A stretch of 64,000 bases of DNA, taken from the NCBI GenBank assembly GCA_022828125.1, contig JAJEJD010000012.1, positions 193,309 through 257,308 of the forward strand, written 5' to 3'. The DNA is from a bacterium. GTDB lineage: Bacteria; UBA8248. Under the pieces are notes generated by a model that was not told where the DNA came from, ran no database searches, and saw only the letters and a list, made by a program, of their open reading frames with translations. The position numbers were made by a program, and so were the translations under genes. Below are positions 46,755 to 56,742 of the stretch, piece after piece. The first letter of the stretch is position 1. Every line of letters starts with the position of its first letter.

Positions 46755-47987
46755 ATGCCGAAACCGCTGGAAGGATACCGGGTGCTGGACTTGACCCAGT
46801 TCTACTCGGGGCCCTGGACGACGCTCCTGCTCGCCGGTCTGGGGGCGGAAGTCATCAAGGTGAACCACCCGGCCACGGGCGACGTGGTGGCCATGGGGCC
46901 TCCCTACGCCGGTCCCGAGGGCGTGTCCTTCCACAAGCAAACCGAGGACGATCTGGGAATCGCCTACTTGAAGAGAACCAGAGACAAGAAATCCCTGACG
47001 CTCAATCTCAAGGAGCCGCGCGGGCTGGAGCTGTTCTACCGCCTGGTGGATGAGGCCGACGTGCTCGTCGAGAACTTCTCGGTGGGCGTAACGAAAAGGC
47101 TCAAGATCGACTACGAGACGCTCGAGAAGCGCAACCCCCGGCTCGTCTACTGCTCCATCACCGGCTACGGGCAGAGCGGCCCCGATGCGCGGCTCAAGGG
47201 CTACGACGCCGTCACCCAGGCGGTCTCTGGGCTCATGAACCTGACCGGCTTCCCGGACGGCCCCCCTACCAAGGCGGGTTCCGCCATCGCGGACAGCATC
47301 GGGGGCACCTTCGCCTACGGCGCCATCACCACCGCGCTCTTACACCGCGAGCGAACGGGCGAGGGCCAGTGGGTGGACGTCTCCATGGTGGACTGCCTCC
47401 TGTCGCTCGTGTTCGATGAGCCGATGGACTGCTACGAGGCGCTGGGGCTGCCCGACAGGCTGGGGAACCGCATCATGCGCCTATCGCCTTTCAACGCATA
47501 TCCCGCGAAGGACGGCTGGCTGGTGATCGGCTCGGGCACGGATGAGCACTGGAACAACATCCTGCGCGCCGTGGGACGCGGGGAACTGGTGGGCGACCCG
47601 CGTTATGCGGACCTGAGCGGCCGCATCACGCACAACGACGAGGTGGACGCCGTCATCACGCAGTGGACGGAAAAGCACACCGTGGAAGAGGCGCTCTCAG
47701 CGCTTCGCCGTTTCGACGTCATCTGCGGACCAGTCCACACCATCCGGGACATCCTCGCCTGGCCGCATCTCAAGGCGCGGAACATGATCGAAGACCTCCC
47801 CCACCCCGCGCTGGGAAATCTCAGCGAAGTCAAGACGGCCGCCTTCCCGCTCAAATTCAGCAAAACCCCCGGCGGCTACGACGCCCCCGCGCCGCTGAGC
47901 GGCCAGCACAACGAGGAGATTCTCGGCGACCTGCTCGGCCTCGCGAAAGAGGAGATCGACCGGCTCAAGGAAGACGGCGTTATCTGA
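46755..47987 (+). CDS. CoA transferase family III (CaiB/BaiF-type), paralog of 6340..7572
   Basis: MPKPLEGYRVLDLTQFYSGPWTTLLLAGLGAEVIKV...; 410 aa, the same length as the paralog. Confidence 0.85.
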   Translation: MPKPLEGYRVLDLTQFYSGPWTTLLLAGLGAEVIKVNHPATGDVVAMGPPYAGPEGVSFHKQTEDDLGIAYLKRTRDKKSLTLNLKEPRGLELFYRLVDEADVLVENFSVGVTKRLKIDYETLEKRNPRLVYCSITGYGQSGPDARLKGYDAVTQAVSGLMNLTGFPDGPPTKAGSAIADSIGGTFAYGAITTALLHRERTGEGQWVDVSMVDCLLSLVFDEPMDCYEALGLPDRLGNRIMRLSPFNAYPAKDGWLVIGSGTDEHWNNILRAVGRGELVGDPRYADLSGRITHNDEVDAVITQWTEKHTVEEALSALRRFDVICGPVHTIRDILAWPHLKARNMIEDLPHPALGNLSEVKTAAFPLKFSKTPGGYDAPAPLSGQHNEEILGDLLGLAKEEIDRLKEDGVI

Positions 47988-48224
47988 AGCGACGCCCCCG
48001 AAACCCATGGGCGATGAAATTCGAAACAATTTCTTGTTCATCAATCCCGACAGGGAAGGAAGAATTCCCTCTCTCTTGAGGGAGTTTTTCAACAACTCCA
48101 TGATCGACAAGCTATTACTCGAACGCGGGCGCAGATTACCACCCGGAACGCGAATGGTCCGGTCTTGCAAGACTTGCAAAGCATACGGCCTTGCCCTATA
48201 TTCATTCCCAAAAGGGGATGAATT

Positions 48225-48815
48225 ATGCCTATCACGGCCGATTTGACGATTCGAGAAACCGCCGCCCTCTCGGGAGTGCCTCGGACGACGATTGAAAAAA
48301 CCGTGGAAGCCCGCGTCTTGCGGCCCCTCGCCGGCCCGGTCCGTCTCCGTGGTGGCACGACGCGCTATCTCCCAATCCGCGCCGTAGTCTATTTCCACGC
48401 CCTGAAGGCAGCCAACCTTACGGACCTCCCTTTGCGCCATAAGCGGGCGATTTGGACGAATATGATTCGGATCGAGCCCATGCAACTCGAGACAATCGAA
48501 TTTACGCCCGGCGCGACGCTCGATCTCGATCGCCTAGCGGCGGACGCTCTGTGTAAGGCTGAACGATACCGAAAAGCCCGAGATCGATACATCACATCAG
48601 ATGAGAATATCCTCGGCGGCACACCGGTTATCGCCGGGACACGGTTGACGGTTTACGCGATTCTTGGGCGGCTGCAGGACGGAGACAGCGTCGATGATCT
48701 CGTAGAGGACTATCCTGAAATCCCGCGCGAAGCGTTCGAGGCCGCCGAGATATACGCCAAAACTCATCCTCTTCGAGGACGCCCGTCCGGCAGACCCTGG
48801 CGAAACGTGGCCTGA
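48225..48815 (+). CDS. DUF433 domain protein (putative antitoxin-like partner)
   Basis: C-terminal ILGGTPVIAGTRLTVYAILGRLQDGDSVDDLVEDYPEI is the DUF433 signature. Confidence 0.6.
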   Translation: MPITADLTIRETAALSGVPRTTIEKTVEARVLRPLAGPVRLRGGTTRYLPIRAVVYFHALKAANLTDLPLRHKRAIWTNMIRIEPMQLETIEFTPGATLDLDRLAADALCKAERYRKARDRYITSDENILGGTPVIAGTRLTVYAILGRLQDGDSVDDLVEDYPEIPREAFEAAEIYAKTHPLRGRPSGRPWRNVA

Positions 48816-48832
48816 GCGGCGGTTGTAGCCGG

Positions 48833-49222
48833 GTGATGCGGATGTTTCTTGATGAGTGTCTGTCCCCCAGAATTGCCCAAACCCTGAATGCCGAGGGGGA
48901 TCATGTTGCTCTTCATCCGCGCGATTTCGGTGGGCTGGGTGCGTCGGATCACCACGTATTGGCCAGATGTATCGAGCAGGACCTCGTACTCGTGACGGCC
49001 AACGCGCGCGATTTCCGCGCCCTTGCCGCCGCACGGGACGTGCATCCCGGCCTCGTCATCTTGCCGAGTGTGGGCCGAGAACGTTCGGAGGCGCTGCTGC
49101 GTGGCGCAATCGCTTTCTTGTCCCAACACGGCGACCCGATGGACGTCATAGTCAACCATGTTCTCGAAGTATCGGCAGAGGCGGAGATGACGCTCTCGAT
49201 GTTGCCGACGCAAGAGCAGTGA
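48833..49222 (+). CDS. DUF5615 (PIN-like) domain protein (putative toxin-like partner)
   Basis: MFLDECLSPRIAQTL...VLVTANARDF matches the DUF5615/Mut7-C-like pattern. Starts 18 bp after the DUF433 gene. Confidence 0.55.
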   Translation: MMRMFLDECLSPRIAQTLNAEGDHVALHPRDFGGLGASDHHVLARCIEQDLVLVTANARDFRALAAARDVHPGLVILPSVGRERSEALLRGAIAFLSQHGDPMDVIVNHVLEVSAEAEMTLSMLPTQEQ

Positions 49223-49322
49223 GCGTTCGACAACGCCTCCGCCATACACTTCAATTTGAAGAAGGGGGGTCAAACCCTGCCGGTTTAGTCGAAATCACAC
49301 CCACGAATGGAGAATCACTCGA

Positions 49323-50501
49323 CTACAATGGTTCCTCCGCCTCGGGTTTCCAGTCCGGCGCTTCGCCGAAGGCGGCGGCGACCAGGGAGCGGGCGCGGAT
49401 TCCCGGGGGATTCCCCTCCGGCTGGAAGTTGGTGCAGTAGCCGAAGGCCATGTTCCGCTCGCGGTCACAGAACGTGAACGCCCCGCCGGAGCCGCCGTGG
49501 CCGAAGGCCTTCATGTTGGGTCCCATCGGCGAGTTGGGCGGGCAGTTGTGCATGAAACCGAGACCCATCCGCCGGGGCGCGCCTGTCATCGCGCAAAACC
49601 CCTCCCACTGAACCTTGGAGAGCCGCTCCACCGTTTCGGGCCGGAGCAGGCGGACGCCGCCGATTTCGCCATTATTGGCCAGCATCGCGTACACCCGCGC
49701 GATGCCGCGGGCGTTCCCGTGACCGCCCGAGGAGGGGTTCTCGCCCACGCGGTTCTCGCGGCAGTTCACCAGATCGACCCCTATCGGCCGGCTCCCCCAC
49801 GCCCTGTGCAGCATCGTGCCGGGCTTTTCTCCCAACTCCCAGAATTTGTTCTCGGGATTGCGGTGCACGGGCGCGACACGCGCGAGTTCTTCCTCGTTCA
49901 GCCCGACGTTGTAGTCCGCGCCGAGCGGGCCCGTAATCTCCTCGCGGATGAAGTCGCGGATCCGCTTGCCGCTCACCCGGCGGACGATCTCGCCGTGGAT
50001 GAACCCGAAGTTGATGGAATTGTAGGCGCCCTTCGAACCCGCGGGCCAGGCGGGTTCCTGGGCTGCGATGGCGGCCACCTGAGCCGGGTAGTCGAAAAAA
50101 TCTCCCGGCTTGGCCGCGTCGCAGAAGATGACGCCGCACTGATGGGAGATGGTGTGCCGGACGAGTATGTTTTCCTTGCCCTTCTGGGCGAACTCCGGCC
50201 AGTACCGCGCCACGGGCTCCTCCAGCGAAACCAGCCCCCGGTCCACGAGCATGTGGACGGAGAGCGCGCTCATGCTCTTGGCGATGGAACTCATGAGCAC
50301 GATGGTATCTTCCGTCCAGGGCTGCGTGCGGGCTTCGTCGCGGTGGCCTCCCCAGAGGTCCACGACTTTCTCGCCGTCCCTGTACACGCAGACGGCGGCC
50401 CCTAACTCGCTCCGGCTCGCGAAGTTCTCCCGGAACGTCTCTTCCACAGTCGAGTAATCGCTGTGGCAATGCCCTTCCACCTGAATATCGGCAATACTCA
50501 T
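49323..50501 (-). CDS. beta-lactamase-related serine hydrolase (class C/EstB-like)
   Basis: SIAKS (SxxK) motif, YxN-region equivalent, about 390 aa. Confidence 0.7.
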   Translation of the reverse strand: MSIADIQVEGHCHSDYSTVEETFRENFASRSELGAAVCVYRDGEKVVDLWGGHRDEARTQPWTEDTIVLMSSIAKSMSALSVHMLVDRGLVSLEEPVARYWPEFAQKGKENILVRHTISHQCGVIFCDAAKPGDFFDYPAQVAAIAAQEPAWPAGSKGAYNSINFGFIHGEIVRRVSGKRIRDFIREEITGPLGADYNVGLNEEELARVAPVHRNPENKFWELGEKPGTMLHRAWGSRPIGVDLVNCRENRVGENPSSGGHGNARGIARVYAMLANNGEIGGVRLLRPETVERLSKVQWEGFCAMTGAPRRMGLGFMHNCPPNSPMGPNMKAFGHGGSGGAFTFCDRERNMAFGYCTNFQPEGNPPGIRARSLVAAAFGEAPDWKPEAEEPL

Positions 50502-50805
50502 CTTTTCCCTGCGAGTTGAAGAAAATCAAATTTTCCATGTGTGCTTGACGTTTGAAGCACCCGGCTTCCCTTACCGCCTCACCTGATGAATCCATCGCCA
50601 TACGGATTCAGAAGCCGTCACCGATATGTTCATATTTGTCTTGGTAGCGGTGTAAGACTATTACGAATTCATCCAGCAAAACAAATGGAGAATGCAGGTA
50701 TATTGATCTGGAAACAGCCGATTTTCCGGGAATGGAAATAACCGACGGAACCGCCCACTGGGGGGCTGTTGAAAAAGTCCTGTCCGACCATCGAGATTGT
50801 TCGCC

Positions 50806-50904
50806 GTAGCAGGGACAGGCCTTTGCGCCTGTCCGAGGCCTCCGTGCCTGTCCTGCTCTTCGTGGTTGTCCTTCGTCAGGACAGGCACGGAGGCCTGTCC
50901 CTAC
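50806..50904. repeat. long inverted repeat of family R4 (GTAGGGACAGGCC...GGCCTGTCCCTAC)
   Basis: The right arm CAGGACAGGCACGGAGGCCTGTCCCTAC (50877..50904) is identical to 37444..37471. The left arm is its reverse complement with a 17 bp insertion. Smaller R4 units lie at 40138..40170, 40468..40500 and 62017..62050. Confidence 0.8.
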
Positions 50905-50982
50905 AAAACCATCACGTCTGCGCCGCGTGAACCTCCTTGCCGACGAGACCGCCCTCTGACGCCGGCTTTCACCCCCGAAGGA

Positions 50983-51861
50983 CTATTGCATATCCTTCCC
51001 TTCGTATACCTCGATGACGCGGCTGGCGTCGTCCTTTCCCCAGCCGGCGGCCTCGGCCCGCTCGAACATCTTGCGCGCCGCGGGAACGACGGCGAGTTCG
51101 ACACCGTGTTCCTCGGCAAGCTTGATCGCGAGGCCCATGTCCTTCACGAATATTTCCACCGCCCCGCGTGGGGCGAAATCCCGCTCGAACATTCTGGGGG
51201 CGGTCTGTGAGAGCATGGAACCCTGCACGGAACCCTTCGAGAGGCAATGCTCCATGATCTCATGCGAGAGCCCCGCGCGCTCGCCCACCACGATCAACTC
51301 GGCGAACAGCGCCGTGCACGAGTTGACGAAAAGGTTGGTCACGACTTTCATGGTGGCCCCGGTTCCGCTCGGGCCCGTGTGGGCCGCATCCGCCGCCAGC
51401 GGATCGAGAATCGGCTTTACCCGCTCGAAGACTTCTTTCCTGCCGCCCACCATGAAGGAAATGGTTCGCGTATCGACCCGGTTGTGGGAACCCGATATCG
51501 GCGCATCCAGCATCTCGACCCCCTCGGCGGCGAGCCGCTCAGCCAGGCCGGCCTGAAAGGAGGGCTCCATGGTGCTCATTTCGACGTGAATGAGGCCCTT
51601 CTTTCCGGCAGCGACGATGCCTTTCGGTCCGAACGTGTTCTCCTCGATGTGCTCGGGTTTCAAGAGAATGCTGAACGTGATGTCGCTTTGCTCGGCTACC
51701 TCCTTCGCCGAAGCAGCGGGGCGCCCGCCTTCCTCCTCCAGCATCTTCATCCGCGCGGGGTCGATGTCGTAGCCGACGATCTCGTGGCCGTCCGCCATCA
51801 TCTGCCGCGAGAGCGGGAGTCCCATCTTTCCCAGTCCGATCATTCCCAGCTTTTCACCCAT
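50983..51861 (-). CDS. NAD(P)-dependent oxidoreductase, 3-hydroxyisobutyrate/tartronate-semialdehyde reductase family
   Basis: MIGLGKMG dinucleotide motif, the catalytic Lys region GSGATMKVVTN. Confidence 0.8.
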   Translation of the reverse strand: MGEKLGMIGLGKMGLPLSRQMMADGHEIVGYDIDPARMKMLEEEGGRPAASAKEVAEQSDITFSILLKPEHIEENTFGPKGIVAAGKKGLIHVEMSTMEPSFQAGLAERLAAEGVEMLDAPISGSHNRVDTRTISFMVGGRKEVFERVKPILDPLAADAAHTGPSGTGATMKVVTNLFVNSCTALFAELIVVGERAGLSHEIMEHCLSKGSVQGSMLSQTAPRMFERDFAPRGAVEIFVKDMGLAIKLAEEHGVELAVVPAARKMFERAEAAGWGKDDASRVIEVYEGKDMQ

Positions 51862-52221
51862 GATTTTCTCCTGTACTCAAAAAATCAGTGTCTTTCGATT
51901 ATCGGAAATTTGCGCGGCGACCGAGGACGCGCCGGCAAATCACCGGAGAACGAATTCAATCCACCATCAGCTTGCCCGGAGCCTCGAACACGGGCTCAGG
52001 GGCGGCGGGCATGCGGTTGACGCGGGCGCCAACCGCCTGTCTGAAGGCGTGGGCGACTACAGCGGCTGCGATCCTGACGCTTCGGGCATATCGTTGATGA
52101 GACTGCCACAGCCGGGCGAGCGCCCCCATCTTTCCCGCCTATTGGGGCTGTTGAAAAAGTCATCCCTGGTCGCAATGACGGCCAAAACCCGAACCCGGGC
52201 GGAGGCGCAAGCTGTCTCCTT

Positions 52222-52341
52222 GAAAACCAACCCCCCTACCCCCCTTGTCAGGGGGCAAGAAAAAGCAAAACCCTCTCGGCTCGGAGGGGGCGCATCGCCT
52301 TTTTATACCCCCCTGACAAGGGGGGGTAGGGGGGGTTGCCT
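52222..52341. repeat. MITE-like element family R1, copy 6
   Basis: GAAAACCAACCCCCCTACCCCCCTTGTCAGGGGG ... CCCCCCTGACAAGGGGGGGTAGGGGGGGTTGCCTTT, then ATCCCCTG. Confidence 0.8.
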
Positions 52342-52377
52342 TTATCCCCTGACAAAACGGGCTTTTTCAACAGCCCC

Positions 52378-53907
52378 CTATTCGGCGTCGGCTCCGCCGG
52401 TGATCCCGAGCCTCGCCGCCCGGAACATCGCGGCCATGCTGTAGACCGCCGTGATGAGGGAGAGCACGAGAATGGTCGCCGTGATGGGGCTGGAGAGGAG
52501 CGCCCACATGTCCCCGCCCGAGATCGTGAGCGCGCGGCTCAGGTTGATCTCGATAATCGGCCCCATGATGAACGCGAGCACGATGGGCACGACGGGAATG
52601 TTAATCTTCTCGAAGAAGTAGGCGAGTGCGCCCAGGATGAGCACCATGACGACGTGGGCCGTGTAGTTCGCGTACACGTAGCTGCCGACGACGATGAGGA
52701 TCAGGACGAACGGCCCCAGGATGCGGCGGGGCACCTTGGCGACCAGGCTGAAGGCGCGGGTGCCGACGAGTCCCGTGCAAAGGAGCATGAGGTTGATCAC
52801 GAAAAGGCCGATGAACACCGTCATCACGAACGTCCCGTTGTCCCGGAAGAGCAGCGGCCCGGGAACCAGTCCCTTGCTGATCAGCACGCCCAGCAGAATG
52901 GCCGCGCCGCCCGAACCCGGGATGCCGAGCGAGAGCGAGGGCACGAGCGTGCCTGCGACCAGGGCGTTGTTCGAACACTCGGGCGCGGCGACGCCCTCGA
53001 TGATGCCCGTGCCGAACTCCTCCGAGCGCTTCGACCACCGCCTCTCCTCGCTGTAGGCCAGCATGCCGGCGATGGAGCCGCCCGCTCCAGGAACCGCGCC
53101 GACACCCGTTCCGATCAGGCTCGCGCGAATCCATGTGGGGATGAGCCTGCGGACTTCCCACCGCTGAATCCGGTTGCGCTCATCGGCGGCGCCCTGGGCG
53201 GCGGTTTCCTTGCTCTCGATAGTGCGCCGGTGCTCCACCAGGAGGTTGAACGCCTCGGGCCCGGCCAGGAAGGCGATGATGACGACGACCAGCGGGATGC
53301 CGTCCATCAGATACCCCTGGTCAAAGGTGAACCGCAGTCCGCCGAAGCCCGAACTCCCGACCGTCGCCAGCAACAGCCCGATGCCCGTGGCGAGGAAACC
53401 GCGTGCGGCGTCTTTTCCGAAGAAGCTCGCCACGATCGACAGGCCGAACACGCCGACCGCGAATAATTCGCCCGGCCCGAACATCAGGGCGACGTTGCCG
53501 AGCGAGGTGCCTGCGATGATGAAGATCAGCGTGCTCGTGACGCCGCCGATGACGCCCGAGTAGAGGGAGATGCGCAGCGCCTTTCGCGCGAGACCGTTGC
53601 GGGTCATGGTGTAGCCGTCGAGCACGGTGACGGCGGACGCACCCGTCCCCGGCGTGCGGATCAGGATGGCCGGAATGGAGCTTCCGTATTCGACCCCCGA
53701 ATAGACGGCGAGGAAGAACATGGTCGCGTGCTCCACGGGCATCGTGAAGGTCAGGGGAAAAAGGAGGGCCAGCGCCTGGGAACTGCCGAAACCCGGCATG
53801 GCGCCCATGAGGACGCCGATGGCGACGCCCCCCAGCATGATCGCGAGAATGGCGGGCGAAGCGAGTTGGCCGGTCGCTGCGAATATGTGCCCGAGAGTTC
53901 CTTCCAT
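52378..53907 (-). CDS. tctA: tripartite tricarboxylate transporter permease TctA
   Basis: 509 aa polytopic protein with the TctA duplicated-domain pattern (GAMPGFGSSQALALL...). Confidence 0.8.
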   Translation of the reverse strand: MEGTLGHIFAATGQLASPAILAIMLGGVAIGVLMGAMPGFGSSQALALLFPLTFTMPVEHATMFFLAVYSGVEYGSSIPAILIRTPGTGASAVTVLDGYTMTRNGLARKALRISLYSGVIGGVTSTLIFIIAGTSLGNVALMFGPGELFAVGVFGLSIVASFFGKDAARGFLATGIGLLLATVGSSGFGGLRFTFDQGYLMDGIPLVVVIIAFLAGPEAFNLLVEHRRTIESKETAAQGAADERNRIQRWEVRRLIPTWIRASLIGTGVGAVPGAGGSIAGMLAYSEERRWSKRSEEFGTGIIEGVAAPECSNNALVAGTLVPSLSLGIPGSGGAAILLGVLISKGLVPGPLLFRDNGTFVMTVFIGLFVINLMLLCTGLVGTRAFSLVAKVPRRILGPFVLILIVVGSYVYANYTAHVVMVLILGALAYFFEKINIPVVPIVLAFIMGPIIEINLSRALTISGGDMWALLSSPITATILVLSLITAVYSMAAMFRAARLGITGGADAE

Positions 53908-53936
53908 CTATCACTGCCCTTCCATCGATTACGGCC

Positions 53937-54485
53937 CTAGAGGATATAGACCGGCAGGAATTTAAGCGGTAAGGGGATCTTCAGCATCGGCACCAGTCCC
54001 AGATACAGGATGATCATCGTCACAAAAGACAACGCGAATCCCAGCAACAGCGCGCCGCGCGGCGCCGATTCCACCCGCATGCGCGGGACCAGCAGGCACA
54101 TCATGAGCACGATGGTCATGATCTCGAACCCTATCGGCTCGAGCAGTACCGCGTAGAGGTAAACGAAAACGACGATGGAGGCGAACTCCAGCCAATGCCC
54201 CCGGAGGTAGGGCTCCTCGCCGCCCGCGGCTTGCGCCTCCGGGGGCAGGAAAAACCCGCGTCCCAGGACGATCACCGCCCAGATAATCGAGAAACCCAGG
54301 GCCAGGCGGGGGAAAAAGGCGTCGCCCGGATACCCCGGCTCGTAGGGAGGCTGCATCGCATAGGTTTCGTAGTACAGAAACGCGAGTCCCCCCAGGATGA
54401 GGGCGGTGGTGGTCAACACCGCCGCCCTCATCGGAACCTTCAACTCATAGGGAGACGCGGCGCTCTTTTCTTTTTCTTCCGTCAT
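53937..54485 (-). CDS. tctB: tripartite tricarboxylate transporter TctB family protein
   Basis: Small 4-TM hydrophobic protein between tctC and tctA. Confidence 0.65.
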   Translation of the reverse strand: MTEEKEKSAASPYELKVPMRAAVLTTTALILGGLAFLYYETYAMQPPYEPGYPGDAFFPRLALGFSIIWAVIVLGRGFFLPPEAQAAGGEEPYLRGHWLEFASIVVFVYLYAVLLEPIGFEIMTIVLMMCLLVPRMRVESAPRGALLLGFALSFVTMIILYLGLVPMLKIPLPLKFLPVYIL

Positions 54486-54534
54486 GTCCGCGCCTTAATG
54501 ACGGCGGAACCTGCCGCCGTCCGCTCAAATCCAG

Positions 54535-55536
54535 CTACTTCTTGATGATATTGTGATCGATCATGAATTGTTTCACGACCGCCTGGTTCTTCGCCATGTC
54601 CTTGTTGAGCCACTCCGAGCCCGTCTTGACGTCCAGGACGATGTGCGTCCCCTTGGCGAGATAGTCCTTGTAGTCGGGCGAGCTGGTCACCTTGTACACG
54701 GCGTCTTCCAGTATTTTCATGACTTCCGGAGGCGTGCCCCGCTTGACCATGAGGCCCTGCCAGTGGAGCGGGAGGTCGTATTTGAGGCCGACTTCCACCG
54801 CGCTCCGGACGTTTTTCCAGATCGGGTCGTGCGAGAGGCGCTTGTGGGTCTGCGATACGAGCGGGCAGATGGTTCCCGCCTCGATGTGCGGCCGCCACGT
54901 GCGCGGCGAGGCCTGCCCGCTGGGAAGATGGCCGCCGAGTACGTCCTTCACCACGTTGCCGTCGCCCCGGTAGAAGATTGTCTTGACTTTGTCCCCGATG
55001 CCTGCGGCCTTTAAGAACGCGAGCTGATGACGGTGGTGGGTGGAGCCTCTCTTGTTGGAGCCCATCGACAGTTTGCCGGGGTTCTTCTTGGCGTAGGCGA
55101 CGAGATCCTCGAACGTCTTGATGCCGTACTTGTTGTTGCACTTCACCGCGACGCCGTAGACGTGCTTCTCGACCTGAGCCAGCGTCTGGAAGTCGTCGTA
55201 CGACCGCCTGTAGTGCGGCAGGTGGAAATACCCGTAGAAGCTCGCGCTGATGTGCATGATGATGTGCCCGTCGGCGGGCTTGCCCGAGACGTAGAGAACC
55301 GGCTCGTGCTGCGAGCCTCCGCTCTTGAAGGTCACCCGCATGGGAACGCCGAGCACTTTTGGAAACTCCTGGGCGAGAAGCTGGCACCAGACCGCCACGC
55401 TGGAGCCGGGCGAGGTGGTGCACACCAGTTCCATCGGCTTCGAGGGGAACTTCTTGGCTGCGAGAGCCGGAGCGGTCCACAAAACAAGAACGGCTACGAG
55501 AACAAGGATGCGTTTGAAGCTCGACATGGTATTCAC
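54535..55536 (-). CDS. tctC: tripartite tricarboxylate transporter substrate-binding protein TctC (Bug family)
   Basis: Signal peptide ...LWTAPALAAKKFPSKPMELVC and Bug-family length. Confidence 0.75.
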   Translation of the reverse strand: MNTMSSFKRILVLVAVLVLWTAPALAAKKFPSKPMELVCTTSPGSSVAVWCQLLAQEFPKVLGVPMRVTFKSGGSQHEPVLYVSGKPADGHIIMHISASFYGYFHLPHYRRSYDDFQTLAQVEKHVYGVAVKCNNKYGIKTFEDLVAYAKKNPGKLSMGSNKRGSTHHRHQLAFLKAAGIGDKVKTIFYRGDGNVVKDVLGGHLPSGQASPRTWRPHIEAGTICPLVSQTHKRLSHDPIWKNVRSAVEVGLKYDLPLHWQGLMVKRGTPPEVMKILEDAVYKVTSSPDYKDYLAKGTHIVLDVKTGSEWLNKDMAKNQAVVKQFMIDHNIIKK

Positions 55537-55851
55537 TCCTTCAAGGGGTGGGTATGAACGGGGCAGGTAACGACCCCCACTTCTCAGGGTGATAGGTATG
55601 ATTCACGATACCATTTCTCGGTAAAATTCACAAATAGGCGTTTTCGGACCGCCGTTTCGCATGCGTCGGAGCGCTTCGCCACCGGAACGAACTCCATGTC
55701 GAAGCGCGCAGCGAATGGCCTGTTCGGGGTGCAAAAGTCCTTCGAATCCTGTCTAATGTCGACATCATGAAAATCCCGAAGCGCGAAGGACCCCGAAGAG
55801 CCTGAGAGGAATTGCGGCTTTCCGCTAAAGAACAACCGGAGGCATTCATCC

Positions 55852-56742
55852 ATGACCGACAGCAGCGTCTTGTCCTACAGCGGCGTCACGGACTTGGGCG
55901 GCGGCAAAGCCTATGGCCTCCACAACGTCTTCGAGCTCGACGGGCGGATCAGCGCCTATCCCCTGAGCGCCAGGGGGTTCGCTCCGTCCAACTGCTACCT
56001 CCTTTGCGAGGAGGACGGCGCGATTCTGCTCGACACGGGCTATGGCGGGCACAGGGATTCCCTCTTCGGGCAGATAGGCTCCATCATCACGCCCGACACC
56101 CCGCTGTCGATCTACCCGCTCAGGCTGAACGAGTTCATGTCCGTGGGGAATGCGGCCGCCCTCGCCAGGGAGTTCAACGTCGTGGAGTGCTTCGCCCGGC
56201 GGCCCGACATGGATTTCTGGCTCGATTTCGACGTGGAGGAATTCGGCCCCAAGAGCGAGGAAGATCAGATATTCCCGACGACCGTCCTCGGAAACGAGCT
56301 CGAATGCACCGTTGGGGGCAACGAGAGTCGGGTTATCCGCGGCATCAACGCGCCCATCCGCCTCATCACCACCATGTGGATCTACGACGAGGCCACCCGC
56401 ACCCTGTTCTCCTCCGATATGTTCAGCCATGTGTGGGGGGACAACCCCGAAGGCCCCTGGGCGGTGGCGGACGAGTCGGTGACGACCACCGCATTCGTGC
56501 GCTCGTTTTTGCTGAACACGCGCTACTGGTGGCTCGAGGGCGTAGAGACCGGAATGATGCGCAAGGGCATCGCCGACGTCTTCGAGAGCTACGACATCGA
56601 GAACATCGCCCCCGGTTACGGCGCCATCCTCCTCGGGCGCGAACAAGTCGAACGCCAGTTCTCGGTGTTAGATGACGTTCTGCGCGATCTGGATCGCTCC
56701 GTCGCCGAGCCGCGCTACGTTCCCCGCAACATGGAAAGGTGA
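55852..56742 (+). CDS. MBL-fold (ODP/flavodiiron-type beta-lactamase-like) protein, paralog 1
   Basis: 296 aa. The pattern SNCYLLCEEDGAILLDTGYGG resembles the beta-lactamase-like domain of diiron proteins. Weak assignment. Confidence 0.4.
   Translation: MTDSSVLSYSGVTDLGGGKAYGLHNVFELDGRISAYPLSARGFAPSNCYLLCEEDGAILLDTGYGGHRDSLFGQIGSIITPDTPLSIYPLRLNEFMSVGNAAALAREFNVVECFARRPDMDFWLDFDVEEFGPKSEEDQIFPTTVLGNELECTVGGNESRVIRGINAPIRLITTMWIYDEATRTLFSSDMFSHVWGDNPEGPWAVADESVTTTAFVRSFLLNTRYWWLEGVETGMMRKGIADVFESYDIENIAPGYGAILLGREQVERQFSVLDDVLRDLDRSVAEPRYVPRNMER

Noticed and set aside
27704-52400. CRISPR array hypothesis for the dense short palindromic repeats
   Set aside because: The repeats are palindromic, of several unrelated families, irregularly spaced, with no unique spacers of uniform length and no cas genes.
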